Part shown: piece after piece, positions 63,010-64,000 of the stretch
Layout: each line of letters begins with the position of its first letter
How positions within the stretch are numbered: position 1 is the stretch's first letter
Source: the human T2T-CHM13v2.0 reference genome, Homo sapiens
Direction: 5' to 3' (one strand)
Assembly (NCBI RefSeq): GCF_009914755.1
Contig: NC_060940.1
DNA: 64,000 bases
Program-made: the position numbers and the translations under genes
Notes under the pieces: model-generated
Seen by the model: only the letters and a program-made list of their open reading frames with translations
The model's database searches: none
Told to the model about the DNA's origin: nothing

Positions 63010-63647
63010 TGTTATGATGGATTTGGCAAAAGAAAAGAATTTATTCACACCAACGCAGCCAAGCAAGGAGGCAGGAGAAAAGGTCTCATACTTGCCTCCC
63101 TGAAGATGGAATTTAGGGATCTTTATGGAATAAAGGAGCAGGGTGGTCTAAAGTGTGGGAAGAGGTGATTGGAGGCAAGGAAAAGTGAGGTCATTGGCAA
63201 TCTGCACATACATAGCCAAGCTTCCTGGATCTTCATAGGGTGCATGTTTAGAAAATGGCAGCATTAGCATGATCTCGGGGAGTTTTGGGCCCTCTGACGT
63301 CAAAAGGTCACTTCTCCGGCATTTGCACAGGTTCAGTTGAAGGGTCATTGATCTCAACGGGTTCGAACTGGACAGGAGCTGCCCCCATAGTCCTGAAAAA
63401 CAACTTTAAGCAACCATTACCGTAGTCACATATGTGTCGTAGCGACATATATGTGACATATGACATATATGTACCATAATGACATATAGTGACATATGTA
63501 AGGAAGCCGGTGGGGGGGTTAGGTATATATCATTTGGCTGCTTGACTTTTAGCTATATAAGTTTTAAGACCAGCTAGAAGTAAGTGGTTAAAAGCAAGCA
63601 AGGCAAGTTAAGTTTGGTGGGCTTCATCAGGTTAGCGTTCGGTTTCG
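63010..63647 (-). mobile_element. ERV1-type LTR (family unassigned)
   Basis: tgttatg...aagaatttattcac...gcagccaagcaaggaggcaggagaa...ctcatacttgcctccctgaaga...ggtttc, the layout of an antisense MER4-group LTR. Confidence 0.6.
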
Positions 63648-63988
63648 CCATTCTCACGTGAGTGGCTGTAGGAGCTTAGGACCAGGACAGGGGAGAACCG
63701 AAGGCCCTAATTATCCTTCCCAGAAGCCTGCCCAAGCGGAGTTTCTCTTAAGGGCTTTCTCTAAGCCCACCAAACTTAACTTGCCTTGCTTGCTTTTAAC
63801 CACTTACTTCTAGCTGATCTTAAAACTTATATAGCTAAAAGTCAAGCAGCCAAATGATATTTAACTAAACCCTCCACTGGCTTCCTTATATATGTCACTA
63901 TATGTCATTATGTTACATATATGTCATATGTCACCTATATGGCACTATGACACATACGTGACTATGGTAATGGTTGCTTAAAGTTGTT
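63399..63988. repeat. Inverted repeat: 226-bp arms (63399-63624 and 63763-63988), 138-bp spacer
   Basis: Manual alignment of the left arm to the reverse complement of the right arm is ungapped with 14 mismatches (about 94%). Confidence 0.95.
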
Positions 63989-64000
63989 CTCTTACATTTC

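Overview
Primate, almost certainly human, genomic DNA that is very Alu-rich (roughly 60-70 Alu copies or fragments, plus MIR/L2, MaLR and ERV1 LTRs and hAT/Tc-mariner/piggyBac MITEs). I recognise it as the interior of BMERB1 (C16orf45, chr16p13.11) on the + strand. Only two coding pieces are supported: the short-isoform alternative first coding exon (ATG 7116 to donor after 7170, MWGDLTETGCMGRRSAKK) and shared exon 2 (20100-20223, [41 protein letters not shown]). Everything else is intronic, and almost all ORF-track entries are Alu, LTR or low-complexity artefacts. The structures that repeat annotation does not explain are: (1) a 226-bp inverted duplication at 63399-63988 with a nearly perfect inner stem and fold-back microhomology at its junction; (2) a 62-nt patchwork insertion inside an AluJ (59853-59914) assembled from pieces of a locus about 1.9 kb downstream; (3) an apparently MIR-derived alternative first exon with an in-frame uORF; (4) a long sense-strand UG repeat next to a cryptic acceptor; (5) a MER85 piggyBac MITE inside a multi-level nested transposon stack. 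Repeat family names come from my recall of consensus sequences, and repeat boundaries are approximate unless TSDs are quoted. No database search was run.
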